Assembly (NCBI GenBank): GCA_028534125.1
Contig: CM052817.1
Location: 57,290,001 to 57,354,000, forward strand
From: Lama glama
Lineage: Eukaryota
DNA length: 64,000 nucleotides
Direction of reading: 5' to 3'
Below are positions 24,201 through 37,569 of this stretch, one piece after another (within the stretch, counting starts at the first letter, position 1; each line of letters opens with the position of its first letter). A model generated the notes under the pieces. It did not search any database. It was not told the origin of the DNA and was given only the letters and a program-made list of their open reading frames with translations. The position numbers and the translations under genes were made by a program.

Positions 24201-27200
24201 TGTCCTGGCAGCCATGGGGAGCCATTGACAAGTTTTGCAAAATTGAGTGTCATGATGAAAAGGTGGTTTCCAGATTTGGACCTGGCTAGGGTGGAAAGGT
24301 GGGTTAGAAGGAACAAACATAAAGGCAGGAAGGTCAGGCAATGGCAATCATCCAGGAATGAACCCTTGATGATCTAACATGAGGTGGAGGTGATGAACAT
24401 GAGCAATGCTATGAAAAGCTATCAACAGAGCTATGGACTGATGGCCTAGGAGAATCAAGGGTGAGGCGGAGCCCAAAGCAACTACAATTTCAAGCTGTTA
24501 GTCCCACTTTGCATTCTAAATAGCTGCCTGGCCAGGAGTTGCCAGGAGTCCCTGTGAATAAGGGGATTACCCCTTATTTGGGCCCAGGTAGGGCCCAAAT
24601 CTAACTCATTTTGTCTCCCTAGGGTGCCTAACACACTGCTGTGTGTTGTAAATAGAACCAAGTAAAGAAAGAACACTGATGGTTATCTCAAGAGAAGCCA
24701 CTTCCTGGTCACTTGGGTGACCTTCAAAGTCCCCCCAAAACACTGGGGCCATCAGGGAGAGGGGGTGGAGGAGTGACACTTTCTACTTATTTGACCCCGA
24801 TGTGATTCATCATCACATTTTAAAAATTAAGTGCGCTAGAGGAGTAAACCTATCCATCTCAAAGAAGACTCCCTCAAAAATATTTTGCAAATCATCACCC
24901 AACTAGTGAAAATTTTGTTTTCAGAATTTCTCTTAGGGGACCCAACAGTCTGCCCCACCCTAAGGAGCTGTGGGGTGTGCTGCGTTTATTTATAGTCATG
25001 CCTACATGGCACCTTCCTTTTGCAGAGGCAGAAATTACTCCAAGGGGAAATGATCCCGCTGGAGGAATTTGTGTTAAGTGGCCCTTCTAGCAGCACCGAA
25101 GGGGTGTGAGTTGGCGTGATTAACCTGAAACCAGCTTGGGCAGGGCATGGCTCTGAGAAGGAACAATGCAGTTCCCACCAGCCCACTCCCCCATCCCATA
25201 TGTTATCAGGGCCCCCTTAAACGCCTCCAGTAATGGGTCTTTTGAAACTTCCCTGAGGAGAGGATGCCATCGGCTAACAGACATCACTGTCAGGAAGGTT
25301 TTTATGTTGCGCAGCTTACATTTTCTTTTCCACAGTTTCATGCTCGTTGCTCCTAATTACCTCCCCTTGGACCGCCCAGCATACAGGATCACAGCCTGGC
25401 CTGCCCCAGCACCTCTCTGCCACAGATTCTTCACTCAGAATGGACTGCTTAAAATGCAGCCCCACGCAACCTGGCTCCAACTCAGTGACAGGTCACAGGA
25501 GTTGGCCCGCTCTTCCGCAACTCTTTGCCTTGCTTCAGGTCTCCTAGTGGTCAAACCCGGAGCCCACCACCATCTCCTTCCCCTTTCTCTGCCCGCCTGG
25601 GCTTCCCCTTAGGGTATGTGTTCCTACAGCACCTGGGGCACCGCTGATGGAGGGTGGAGCTGTGGGTACCACATGGAGGAGAGACAGCATTAATTATTCT
25701 CTCTTCTACAAGCAAAGGTGTGAGGGCTGTGCCCTGCAATGAACATGGACTTGAAGTACAGTCAGCATTAGATCTCCAAGCTGAAAACCAGGGAGGGATT
25801 CTCGTTCAATTCCTTCACTCCTCTTGTGCCTGTTAACTAACTTTGAAATTCGTCTCGCTGCTGCAGGTACCTCCATGCTATTTCCAAGGGCTAGAGCCCC
25901 ACACAGATTTATTTGGTAACCATTGCAGGAGCTGCAGAAAATGAGAACTGGAGGAGGAGGCCAAACCTGAAGTAATTAGAAGATTTGTTTCTCATGGTTC
26001 AGGTAGGCTCAAAGGAGTACCTGAACACAGGGAACAGAAGATCAAAAGGACGGCAGTCTGAAAGTGGGAGCCCAGCTCCAAAGGAAAACAGGCCATCAGA
26101 AGGCATCCAGATCACTGCCAAATGAAAACCCCTCTCTGTATTTTCAGCATCTGCCAGAGAGAAGACAGAGGGGGATCATTTTTTTTAACTCTTGCTTTCA
26201 GTAGTTAGCTTCCAGAAGAAAAAAATTCAAATGTACGTGTCATATTTACAAGGTCACAAGGTCTCCCCCTCTGAAATCATTTGTCAGTGGAAAGCAGCAT
26301 GCTAGTCGAGCCCCAGGAATAGCACTACAGGAGTGAATTTTCCTTAGAAAGGACATGTCCTTTGCAAGCTTATCGGTGACTCTGGAAAATCTTCTCTGTG
26401 CTGGGACCTCCTCCTGCTCACTGACGCCCTGCCAGTCGTGGGAAGTGAAGGTAGGATCAAGAAGGAGAGGGGCAGAGCCCACGGGGGTGCACGTGAGCTC
26501 ATCTGCGTGAGCACCTTTCAAACCTTTGACATGGTATTCGGCCATGTCTTTCTCTTTTGCTGCAACATTGATCATCAAGAATAAAATATCAGATTCTTTT
26601 CCCAACACTGTTGATACCTCAGATCTTCTGATATTTTGCCACAACAAATAAATTCATCTCTCTTCCCTGTTAACTAGCTTGATGGCCTCCAGCTGACCTA
26701 CACAGCCCCACTCCTGCTCCTAGCTCCTGTTTCACCCAGTTTCTCACTGGACCTCAGTAACACAAGGGCAGACCTAGAGCTGGAACTCATGGCTCTGGCA
26801 AAATGAAAGCAGAGGTCTTTTTCATCTTTGTGATGATCGTTTTTCATCCTCTTTTCGTAAGGTGACTTCAAGATTCCTTCCACTCCTGAAATATACTTCT
26901 TACGTCCTATAAAGATGACTTTAAGTCTGAGTAATACACAGTGTTACAGGGTGAATACTAAGCTTAGTATTTACAACACACTCATAAGATCAGTACCATT
27001 CATGAGATCAGTATCATCAATTTTAAAATGGAGAAACTAAATATTGGGAGGTTAAATATGAGCCTCCAGTCACAGAGCTAACCAAGTGGAGGGCATGGGG
27101 GTCTCTACTGCCTCTGTGAATAAAATACCTGAATTGCTTCCAAACCATGAGATTGCATTTACCAGTGGGTCCCGAGTTGCTGTGGAGACTCAACTGACTA

Positions 27201-27660
27201 GCAGTTGAACACCCAGGAGGTACTGCTTTCACTGAGTGGGCTCCTGACAGAATTGATTAATCTTAATGAGTGTGGCATTGTCTGGGAGGCTTCCCTGTGC
27301 TTTGCCTAGGAGGCAGTCTTGCACCAGGCCCCCGGGGAGCCTGCACCCCATTGGCCACATGCTGTTGGAGGTACTGAGCATGATTATGGAAATAAACAAA
27401 TTAACTTGTGCACTCGTCTCCCACCCATGACATGCGTGCCCTCTTATCCCCTTGCAGAAGGTTCTTAACATTCCTTCTCCCTTCAAACAGTCTCAGAAAT
27501 CCAAGAGTCCCCAGTCATTCTGCCATAATCCAGAAGAATCCTACAGAGGCCAAGGGACAAATATGTCAAGGGACTTTCCTCCCTGAGCCAGGCTTAAACA
27601 GAGTTGTTTCCTGTGGTAGGTGGAGGTGGTGTGGACAAAATGGCCCTTTTTGTTCTGTAT

Positions 27661-27822
27661 CAGTGCTTCTCGGGCTTCTGCAAGCACACAAATCACTGAG
27701 GAGGTTGTTAAAATGCAGACTCTATGTTAGCAGATCTGGGGGCCTAAGTTGCTGAATATCTAACAAGCCCCCAGGGCACAGCCGTACTGCTGGTCCTGAA
27801 CATGTTGAGTGGCCAAGTACTG
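27661..27822 (+). mobile_element. MER5-like hAT MITE
   Basis: cagtgcttctc...aatcactgaggaggttgttaaaatgcagactct...tctaacaagcccccagg...aagtactg. Confidence 0.7.
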
Positions 27823-30249
27823 TTTATGTGTCTCTTTTCCAGTGTGAAGTTCCTGGTGCTGTATTTTGATGAAGTTCTGTAGACTGGAGGCTTGTGATGT
27901 CACCTCGCCACTGTGAGTAGGAGGCGGGCTTTCCTCTGAAGCAAAAACCATTGCCCAGGTCAGTCACCTGGGAGTAAGCCCTTCACACCATCTGGAGAGA
28001 AAATTCCTCACACTCTGCTGGGTCAGGGCATGTCTCAGGGATCAGGGTCCTGCTCACTCCCTACAGCAGACCAGCATATGGGGCCACAGCTGGAAGAAAA
28101 CAAACACTGCCTTGTAACCCCACCTACGTGTGGTTCCTTTTGTGGCCAGCCTGACTCAAGTGTGAATTGAGAAGGAATTAAAAGAATTAAAGAAGGGTCA
28201 TGTCCCCTTTAGAACTGAAACATTAATAATGAAGCAGCACCCTGAAACCAGCTTGGTGGGGCTTGCAGAAATTAGAGACCTCCAAGGGAAAGGTAAATCT
28301 TGAGGAACAGGAGTTGGATCTTTAAATTCCAGCTGCAATTCCTAAATGGAGATTTCCCCTTCATTGCCAAATGTGGAAAAGCTAGGTTAATCATTAAGGA
28401 AGAGAGAATAAGAGTATGAAACTTTGGAGGAAAAAAAATTTAAGTCTCAAAAACTGGGTTCCTCAATGCTACTGGTGGACATGAGGTTGCCAGAGTGTGG
28501 CTAAAGACTGGGATGACACAATTCCAAAAAAGGTGACTGGGTGAAGCCAAGCAGCCTGGGTTAGCATCCGCTAGTGGAGGAGAGGGCAGCATTCCTGATC
28601 GCTGCTTCCCAATTAGCTAAGGGACTTGACCATTGGGATTCCTTGAAAGTTCATTTCTCTGAGCAGGAATCAACCCAAGCTCTGATCTTTCCTAATAGCA
28701 TAACTACTTGGTGCACATTTTGCCATTAAATGATGCTATTATTTATTAAACAATGTTGATTCTAAAGGGAGAGAGGCCGTGGCCAGACCAGCCTTTAGCA
28801 AGCATCCCAGGGCCGGGCAGACTTTGAAGGAATGAACATACTGAGATATTAGTTGAAGCTCAAAAACAATAGACGCCTGCGCCCTCCAAGTGGCTTATGT
28901 GTTACAGATCTGACAAGTCTCATTGATTTAAATGGCTGGAGCACTGCTTGGATTTTAATCTCCTTCACCCTTATACCAAGGAGGTCGCTGTTTAAATGCT
29001 TTTACTTAATAATGTAAACACCTGTCACACGCCAGGGGCAAAGCTATTAAGGAGAAGGATTATTTAAAGCAGTGCTCCTGAATACAACATTGCTATTATT
29101 GTCTTACCCTCAGTTGCCAGGGTCTGAGCAGGATGAGCGGCAGTAGCCAAGTCTCCCGGTGCTCTGTCCCCCATTGAGGTCTGCAGAGGCTCCTCCATCC
29201 AGCACACAGAATGGACATCTGCTCACGTGCTGTCATCTAAAGGTCCTCCAAATATCCGAACTCCCAAGACTCTTGCAGTCTACCAAAGTCCTGTGTCAAA
29301 ATGGAAAGCTGTTTCAGTGAAGAAGTATTAGGCCATTATCCTGTAGCTACAAGGCACAGGGACTAAACTCTTTACAAGTATCATCTCTTTTATACCTGCA
29401 ACAACCCTATGATTTAATGCTATCATTATCCGCATAACCTGACATACAGAATGGTTAAGTAAGTTTCTCCAGGATGCACAGCATTTAGCAGGAATAAGAT
29501 TAGAATCTGGGGCTGACTTCAAAGTGTATGCTTTTAAGCACTAGGCATATTGTCCTTCTCAAGGATCCATTAGTTTACCGTATAACCTGGTGAGATGAAC
29601 GCCCAGATGAATGGTACAGAAGAGAGTAGATGAGAAGGAGCTATAACCTGGAGGGCTGCTGCGGAGAAAGGCCTGAGGGTGTGCTTTAAGCTCCCCATGA
29701 CTGAGGGCTTTGGAATGGAATATTGGCATTAGAAGGCCCAGAGTTAAGACCAGAAGGGCAACGGACCCTAAGGCATTTAAGAAGATGCAAAAAAAGTGAC
29801 AGAACTACCTTTAGCCTAGCTTAGAGGGAGAGTGCCCCCTGCTCCTGACTCTCTCTGTTCCTTTACCCAAGCTGCCTCATCCCTTCACCCTGGCAGCACA
29901 CCTGAAGCCAAAGTACAAACCCCTCCCCCACCCCACCTGCCCAGGTCTTCTGCTCATGGTAGCTTCTGGTCTTAGTAAAACCCAGGTCAGCTTGTGCCTT
30001 GCCAAAGCCCTGATGTCTCTAACCAACTGTAGGTTGGTCACATTGGCCCCCAAGAAGGAGGGCACACTCATGGGGCAGCACAGGCCTCAACAGTCACTGG
30101 TCTTTATCCAAGTTACTGATCAGATAATGGCGTGGTTTATCAAGACCTCTCCTCCACAAACTCATCTTAGTGACGAATACCAGTATCTTTGGCTTAGTCT
30201 CAGCCACCTGAATTTTTATAACAACACAGAACAGGAATAGAGAAAATGG

Positions 30250-30930
30250 TTCACTCATTCATTCAATAAATATTTACTGGACATCTTCTATAAACCAGGC
30301 ACTGCTATGGTACTGTGGATAAAGCAGAGAAAAGCGGTATCAATGTCCCTCCCCACGTGAAACTTCCAGTTGTGTAGGAGACAGAAAGCAAATCAGTAAA
30401 GGGGTAAAAAGATAATGTTAAGTTTTGAGAGGAAATCATCAGAGTATTGTTTCTTCAAGAGTGGTGTCCAAACCAGCAGCATCAGCATCACCCAAGAACT
30501 TGTTAAAACACAGATCCTCACACACCTCCCCACACCTACTGAGTCAAAAACCCTGGCATGAGCCCCAGCAATCTGTTTTAACAAGCCTGCCAGGGCATTC
30601 TAATCTGTGCTTAAGGTTTAAGAACCACTGGGGTAGAAAGTAAGGTGGGGAGGGGAGCATCTCTAGATAAGATGATCTGGAGAAGTCTTTCTGACATTCA
30701 AACTGAGACCTGAGAGAGGAAAAGAAACATACTATGCAAAAGCCAAGAGACAAAAAAAATTCCAGATGCAGTGAACAGCAGGTACAAAGTCCCTGGGGCA
30801 GGGAAGTACTTGTTATGGTCGAAGAACAGAAAGGAGAAAAGTGTGACCAGAGCATAATTAGAAAGGAAGCCGGTGAGAACAGGGGCTAGATTGGGCAAGG
30901 GATTAGAGACCTCAGTAAGAAGCAGGAATT
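30250..30930 (+). mobile_element. L2 LINE fragment (plus strand reads from the ATTC tail inward) with nested MER5A-like element at about 30459-30630
   Basis: cattcattcaataaatatttactg...ccaggcactg...aactgagacctga...tacaaagtccctggggcaggga; nested cagcagcatcagcatcacc...aagaaccactg. Confidence 0.75.
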
Positions 30931-31611
30931 ATAAACTGACATAAATGCTATAATGAAAGAAATATGCTCCTATGAGAGCATGTAACTCATGAATCTGACC
31001 TAGACTGAGGGTCAGGGAAGGATTCCCAGAAGTAATGATGATTGAAAGAAGATACCAACAGTAAGTACAAAATAACTAGGAAGGTGGGGGAACCTGTGCA
31101 AAGGCCCTGAGACAGGAGCAAGCATGACACTATCGGGAGAAATTATGAAAGACTTTAAAATAGGCAAAAATGATTACTGGATGTTCTGTCTAGCACACCC
31201 TTCCTGGTTATCTGTGCCTTTCATTAGTGTTGGCCTGTTTTACAACTATTGCAAGTTGTAGAAAACTGATAGTAATGCAGATGACTCTTGTCCACAGAAA
31301 TGCAAACCAGTTTTGCCCAGTGGAACACAACTGATTATTGCCCTATGAATATGGCTAGTTTTGCATCTATTAAAATTTTTCCTTCAGCATTTACTGATTG
31401 TGTATGTATGTGCGTGTGTGTGTGTATGGAATTCTCCTTTGAGCCAGTTATGACATCTTACTGGTTCTCTCATTAATCAATGAGTTAAAAAAAAAAAGAC
31501 ATATTCATTAACACATGTTCATTTTATGTTTGTACAAGAGTTTTAATTTTACTGATTTTAGAAATTATTTTTAACAACATATACAAGGAATTGCAAAAGA
31601 CTAGTTTGGTA

Positions 31612-31795
31612 GTGGATTGCCAGATAACATACAGGACACACAGTTAGATTTGAATTCAGATAAACAAGAATTTTTTTTGTATAAATACATCCCAAATAGC
31701 ACATGTATCATATTATTCTAAAAAGTTATTCATGGTTTATCGGAAATTCAAACTTAACTGGGCACCTGTGTTTTTATTTGTTAAATCCAGCAGTG
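31612..31795. mobile_element. MER53 palindromic hAT MITE
   Basis: ggattgccagat...acaggacacacagttagatttgaattcagataaac mirrored by gtttatcggaaattcaaacttaactgggcacctgtgt. Confidence 0.85.
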
Positions 31796-34700
31796 CATGG
31801 GTGGAGAGCTGGGGAGGGTGCTGACTGTGCTCTCACTTCAACCCCTAACTGCTCCCAGGGTCAGGAACAGGAAGAAGCACTTTTCATTCAGTCTTTGACT
31901 TCTGCTCAGAGGTCACATCAATGCATCTCCTCCCAAGTTCCAAAGAAAAATTTCACTTAGTGCTTTTAAAAAATAGTTTAAATTGCTCCCCTCCCTTATA
32001 TAGGAGCAGGTGCAGGGGGCTTTCTCCAGTGGTACTGCTTCCACACCAGGACTTACTGAGTTCCAGCGCTCTTGGAAAAATTGCTGTCTTATTTCCTACC
32101 TGCCTATAAAAGGCTTCCTTTCTGCCCCACAGGAGTGTGTGAGGTGCCATATACTCAGAGGTTTGGGGACAAAAGTAAAAGAGAGGGAAGAAGGGTCAGT
32201 TCCATGGGATATACTCAGTAGGATTTGATAATGTCTCCGACCTCGCACATCCTCACCCCCATCCAGAATTTCCTCTCTCTTCCCCGGTGAGGCTTCTCAG
32301 CTTTAGGCTGAAACTTTTCCATATTCAAGCCTCCTATTAAAATGCAAATATCCCCCAGGAGAATATCCTAACAGCAGCTAACGTTTTAACAGGAATCAGC
32401 TGACAGGACACATTACATAAACCAAGCCCTTGATGGGAGGCAGAATAACAGCTTGGTGAGGAGTGTGACTGGCAGGAAGGAGACCCCGAGAGAGGAGAAA
32501 GATATTCCAAGTATATGCGGGAGACCTGGAGTTACATTTTTTAGTCCTCAGGCCTATCTTTGCAGGCAAAGTGGATAATATAAAATCCAGGAAAAATCAT
32601 TTTAAATTTGGGGACAAATTCTCTTGTTATTTCATCTGCCTTTCTCTACAGTGGGATATAAGATACCCCCAAAAAGGAGTATCTTTCTAGTAATATATTT
32701 TTGACTCAGCAGGCATCCCGGCAGGCTTGCAATAGAAAGACACTAGCAAAATGGGTACACCCCCTGCCAAAGGCAGTTGCCATCACCAGCAGGACTTTGA
32801 TCACATTCTCCCCTCTAGGCTCAGTGGAATTATCACTTTCTGTATACAGAGGACAATGAATGAGTCTGGCTCTTCCTGGAATGTAGGAACAGGAGCCTGG
32901 CAGACAGATTCTCTCCAGATTGAATAAATGCTGGGGGGTCCGGTGGGGAGGATCACTGTCCCCAGGAAGCATCCGTCCCTTTTTAAGCAATGGCTGTGCA
33001 CACCAACTTTGGCTCCCAACTTCTGTAATAATTCTCTGTTATAAATCGGACAGCACAGCTTGTGGTCAAAGAGCCATTACGAACCCTCTCAAACAAGATT
33101 TTTTTTCCCAGGGACTTAATTTCTTAAAATGTTGGAGCGATTGTTCTCTTGGAAAGTAGGACAGTCTCTCTTTGAGCCTGCCAGACAAAAACTAAACTAA
33201 ACAAAACAAAAAAGCAAAGTCTCTGAAAAGACAACTGGCAAGCTGGCTTCCTTCTGAGCACCTGGAGGCCCCTCCCTCCCGAGCTGAGGCTGCTAGATCA
33301 CTCTAATGAGAACAGATGGCTCCCGTCGGGAGATGGGCTCTATGTTATATGCCTCCTGTGTCCTCCTTCTGAAACCAGATTTTAGCAGATCATTTTTTTA
33401 CTGAGAATTGGAGCCGGTTGTTTAAGTGGTAGACTAGGTGTGTGCCAGGGAAGTGGGATGTTAATCCACACTAATACATTTTCTGCTGACTTTTGGAGAG
33501 CTCGGAGCACTTCATAACGGAGGGGGTGAGTGAGGTCTTCAGAAGGCCCTGCCTCCAGGATGGAGAAAAGGGTTGCCGTGAGCAGCCCCCAGGAGGTGAC
33601 TTATCCCGTCATTGGCAGAGAAGAAATCATGCCATCCCCAGCCCCTACTCTAGGATTTCAGCTACCTGATGCTGCCACGGGGCTGGAGCCTGGGGCATTC
33701 CCAGTGCAGGGGGCCAGGTGTAGAGGGGCAGAGATTTCACACGGGGGTTAGGAAGATCATTGCAGGTAGAAGTGGCTGCTGAACATGAACCTGGTAATTT
33801 TGGTTGACCTCACTCCCATCCCTACCACACCAGATGGGAGAAGTCACCTGCCTGCGCGTGGTCACTGTTTCTCATCCTCTAGCGCTGGGCAACCAGGTCC
33901 AGGGTGAACTCAGAGGCACCCCCCAACCAGAGGTATCCACAGAAGGAAAGCAAAGAGAGAGTTAGGTTTTAACATCAGGAAACTCCTGAATTTTAAACTC
34001 TGCTTTTCACAAATTTGTTTCATTGTCATTATAATTGCCAAATTTAAATTACCTCTATTTTCAGGTCGCAAGAAGCCATAAAAAGAGAAAGGAGAGATTT
34101 TCACTGTCAGAAATGAGAAATGATGAGGGGAAGAGGGTGGCCTGTGGAGCAGACTTAAAGAGGAAAAGTGTTTCTGGAGTCAGCTGGGGCTGAGGTGTCT
34201 GAAAAGGAAGGAGAAACAGCACGAGGTGAGTGGACGGGGGAAATGGGAAAGGCAGGGAGTTTGGACTGTGAACTTTGAATCAGTCGGAGGTAAGGCCTGA
34301 ATGAAGTTCTAGGGAGGAAGTTTTCAATGGTGGCCTTTAAAATGAATACTAAAATGAATGTAGAAACTGAAGTTATGTTGCTTTGTGTGCCTGTGAGCAA
34401 TGTTTGCAAAGGATGGGGATTAAACACTCAGAATTCTAGATTTTTTTCCTGTCTTTAAAAAAATAATAAAAGCCAAAAACAGGAGTCATTGGAGAAATGG
34501 CAATGATAATCAACCAATGAGCCCCAAGGCTGAAATTTCTGTCCCACTTATTGTTCTGTATCAGCTAAGAGTGGGTGAGAGTGTGCATTTCTCAATAATT
34601 TTTAAATGCTTTATTTGTTTGTGCAGGGGTGGACATGTAACTTCATATAAATGTGATCAAATGTAAATATACTCACTGTTACCAATGGCTGTCTCTGGAT

Positions 34701-36864
34701 GAAATAGTTACAGGTGATCTTTAATTTCCTTCACATTTTTCTAAATTGTCTATACAACTGTATCTTTTATAATCAAAGAAAAAGAAAAGAGAATGTAATT
34801 TTTAATCTATAAAATGTGAACAGGAAAGCCTCCCTACTAATCATTTCTTTGCAAAGGGACCCCAAAATGCCCATTCACACCACCCCCAAGACTCAGAGTC
34901 TTGTTGAAACTCAGGCCCCATCATCATCATCACTCCCATTGTTCTTAAGAGTTTAAATCTTTTCAAGGACTCTTAAGACTTCTGTGGTGTCTTCAAAGAG
35001 AGGAACTATGCCTTAGTCACTTCTGTACACCCAGCACTAAGCATAGTGCCCAACACAAAGTAATTGCTCAATTAGTATTCATTAATTAGCTAAATAAATC
35101 ACCAACCTTTTTGCCCCCAAGTCAGATTATCACGTTTATTCCTTAGCCCCTGTTGTGTTAATTAGATCAAGAGAAATATCAAAGCGTCAATGCACAGCAC
35201 TGCCTTGTTTCTCTTCCTATTTTTCCAGGAGTCCACTTGGTCCCTGCGTCCTGTGAATCATCACATCCACACCTACTGTGGGCATTCACCCCACACCACT
35301 CAGCAAAGACATGATGGCCAAAAAAGTCCAGTGTCCTCAAGCCCTTAGTGAACCTGGACAGATTCAGGAGGGAAATCACGTGTCCATTCTCTTGACCACC
35401 TGGGCCGTCTCAGCCTCAGTCTTATGATGGGCATGTGGGATCTGATCGAGGTTCTTGGACATGGTCACCTATCCCCTGTGCATCACACTTTACACAAAGT
35501 GGCAATTCAGAATCCCCATCAGGACTGCCAGAAAACTATCCAGTCTAATGTATGATCACAAAGGGCCAGGCCCTGGAAGACAAAGACAAAGACAAAGGGA
35601 ACTGCTTGCTGCCACATGGCTCTGCCAACCATGTGGAGGACAGGATGATGGCATGATGCCCAGTAGCTGCTATTGGGTGACCTGACTGAGAGAACCAAGG
35701 AAAGAAAGCATGTTCAGGCAAAGCCCACCAGCTTATATTACTACTGGAAACGCCCATACCCTTTGACTCACTAACTCTATTCTAAGAAATTTATTCTATA
35801 GAAATACTTCCCCATAGGCACAAAAGCATATGTAAAAGCATATTGATCACAACAGCATTGGCTTTAGCAAAAAAAAGAATCACAATTTAAATGTCAAGTA
35901 ATAGGAAACTAGACATAATATGAAATGCTATCCAAGTATAAACAGACCAGCTAATCCTCATGTAGCACTCATACAACAACATGCCAGGATCTGTTCTAAG
36001 TATGTTCCATCTGTTTAACTCTTTTAAAACTCCAAGTATCCTATGAGGGAGGTTACTGTTATTAACCCCACTTTACAGTTGAAGAAACTGAGGCTCAGAG
36101 CAGTTAAGTCTCCTAGGATCCAGGATCCAACAGTTAAGTTCGCAAGATCATTCAGCTAATATATGATGGGTCCAGGATTCAGAAGGGAAATGGTATGGGT
36201 CTAAAGTCCACACTGTTAACAGCACATCATATAATACCAAAATGTGAGCACTATCCAAAGTCAGCTCTGTGGCCAGCCCAACAGATGACCACCAGCAAGA
36301 ATGAGTTCAATTTTAATTTCCAAGGACACAGAGATAAATGCAATGTATTGTTAAGTGAAAAAAGCAAATTGCAAAAAAAAATCTAGACTGTTTTTTACTT
36401 TTAAAAACTCTAGACAGAAATAAATGCATAGATAAAAACATCTGAAAATGCCTACCAGATTGCTAACAGTGGTTACCTCTGGGAGAAAGGACTAGAAGAG
36501 GAGGTGGGGAGGCCAGGGAAACTGTTACAATCTATCTTAGACCCTTCCATTTTATTTGAATTTTATAAACATGGATTCCTTTCGTAATTCTGAAAAGAGA
36601 AAAAAATGAATAAAGAAAAACAAGTTTCCCAGGGAGAGCCCATCCAGAAGCAGACTGGAAAAAGAAAAAAAAGCAGAGCTTGTGAGGAAGGCCAGTTTAG
36701 GGGATCTTCCTTCCAGTATAGAGCTTCTTTCACAAAAAGGCAGAGTCACAAGGGTGCAACGAAGTACATGGGCACCAAGCTGAAGTGCTACTGATCATGC
36801 ATACAGCCGGTCATGTATTTGACTCTGGTTCGCTCAGCAGCTGCTGGGCATACAGGACAGTGTG

Positions 36865-37090
36865 CTTTAGTGGGAAGAGCTCTGGGTTTGAGGTCAGAGG
36901 GCCTGGGTTGAAATCCTAGCTCTACCGCTCACAAGCTATATGATCTTGGGCCACTCAGCTCTCTGGGCCTTGATGTCACCTTCTGTAAAATGTAGATAAT
37001 AGTATCCACTTCACAACGTTGTTCTGAGATACAGTGAGAAGATGTGCTGGTGTCAAGCTCAGGGCCCATTTGATAGGCATGCATTTGATC
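36865..37090 (+). mobile_element. MIR SINE
   Basis: tagtgggaagagctctgggtttgaggtcagagggcctgggttgaaatcctagctc...tctgtaaaatg. Confidence 0.8.
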
Positions 37091-37569
37091 ACAGTTAAAG
37101 ATGACTACATGGGTGACAAAACAAGGACTAACTCAGTCTCCTGACCCCTAATCCAATGTTCTTTCCATTAAGCCTCCTGGTCCTATTTGCCCAGGTCTTT
37201 GGATTGGAAGAGGCAAAATAAGACATGGCCAGCCCAGACCTGGGGCCATGTTCAAAATCCCCTTAGACGTGTGTTCCTCGGGACTTTAACTTGAGTTTAC
37301 CTTGAAGATTTTTCTTGAAAGAAGCTACATCACTGGGAACACTATTCTCAAGCTGAGGAATATGCTTTAGAAAACTTAGTGAGTAAAAGCGTGCCTTACC
37401 AGGGCACCTCATAACCAGGCTTTTTATGGTTGTCCTACTAGGCCGTGTGGCCTCATTGCATGTATTGACTCTTAGTCTTTCTGTCTCATTTTCCTCGCCT
37501 ACTATAAATAATCTCTGCTGCCTTTCTGCTGAGAGGTTAAATGACATGATGGAGATTACTGTCTAAGGC

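Noticed and set aside
25166..25612. 148-aa ORF
   Set aside because: No recognisable domain or splice context; composition typical of non-coding DNA
28876..28894. CTCF-like gcgccctccaagtggc
   Set aside because: Spacing is one base off the core motif
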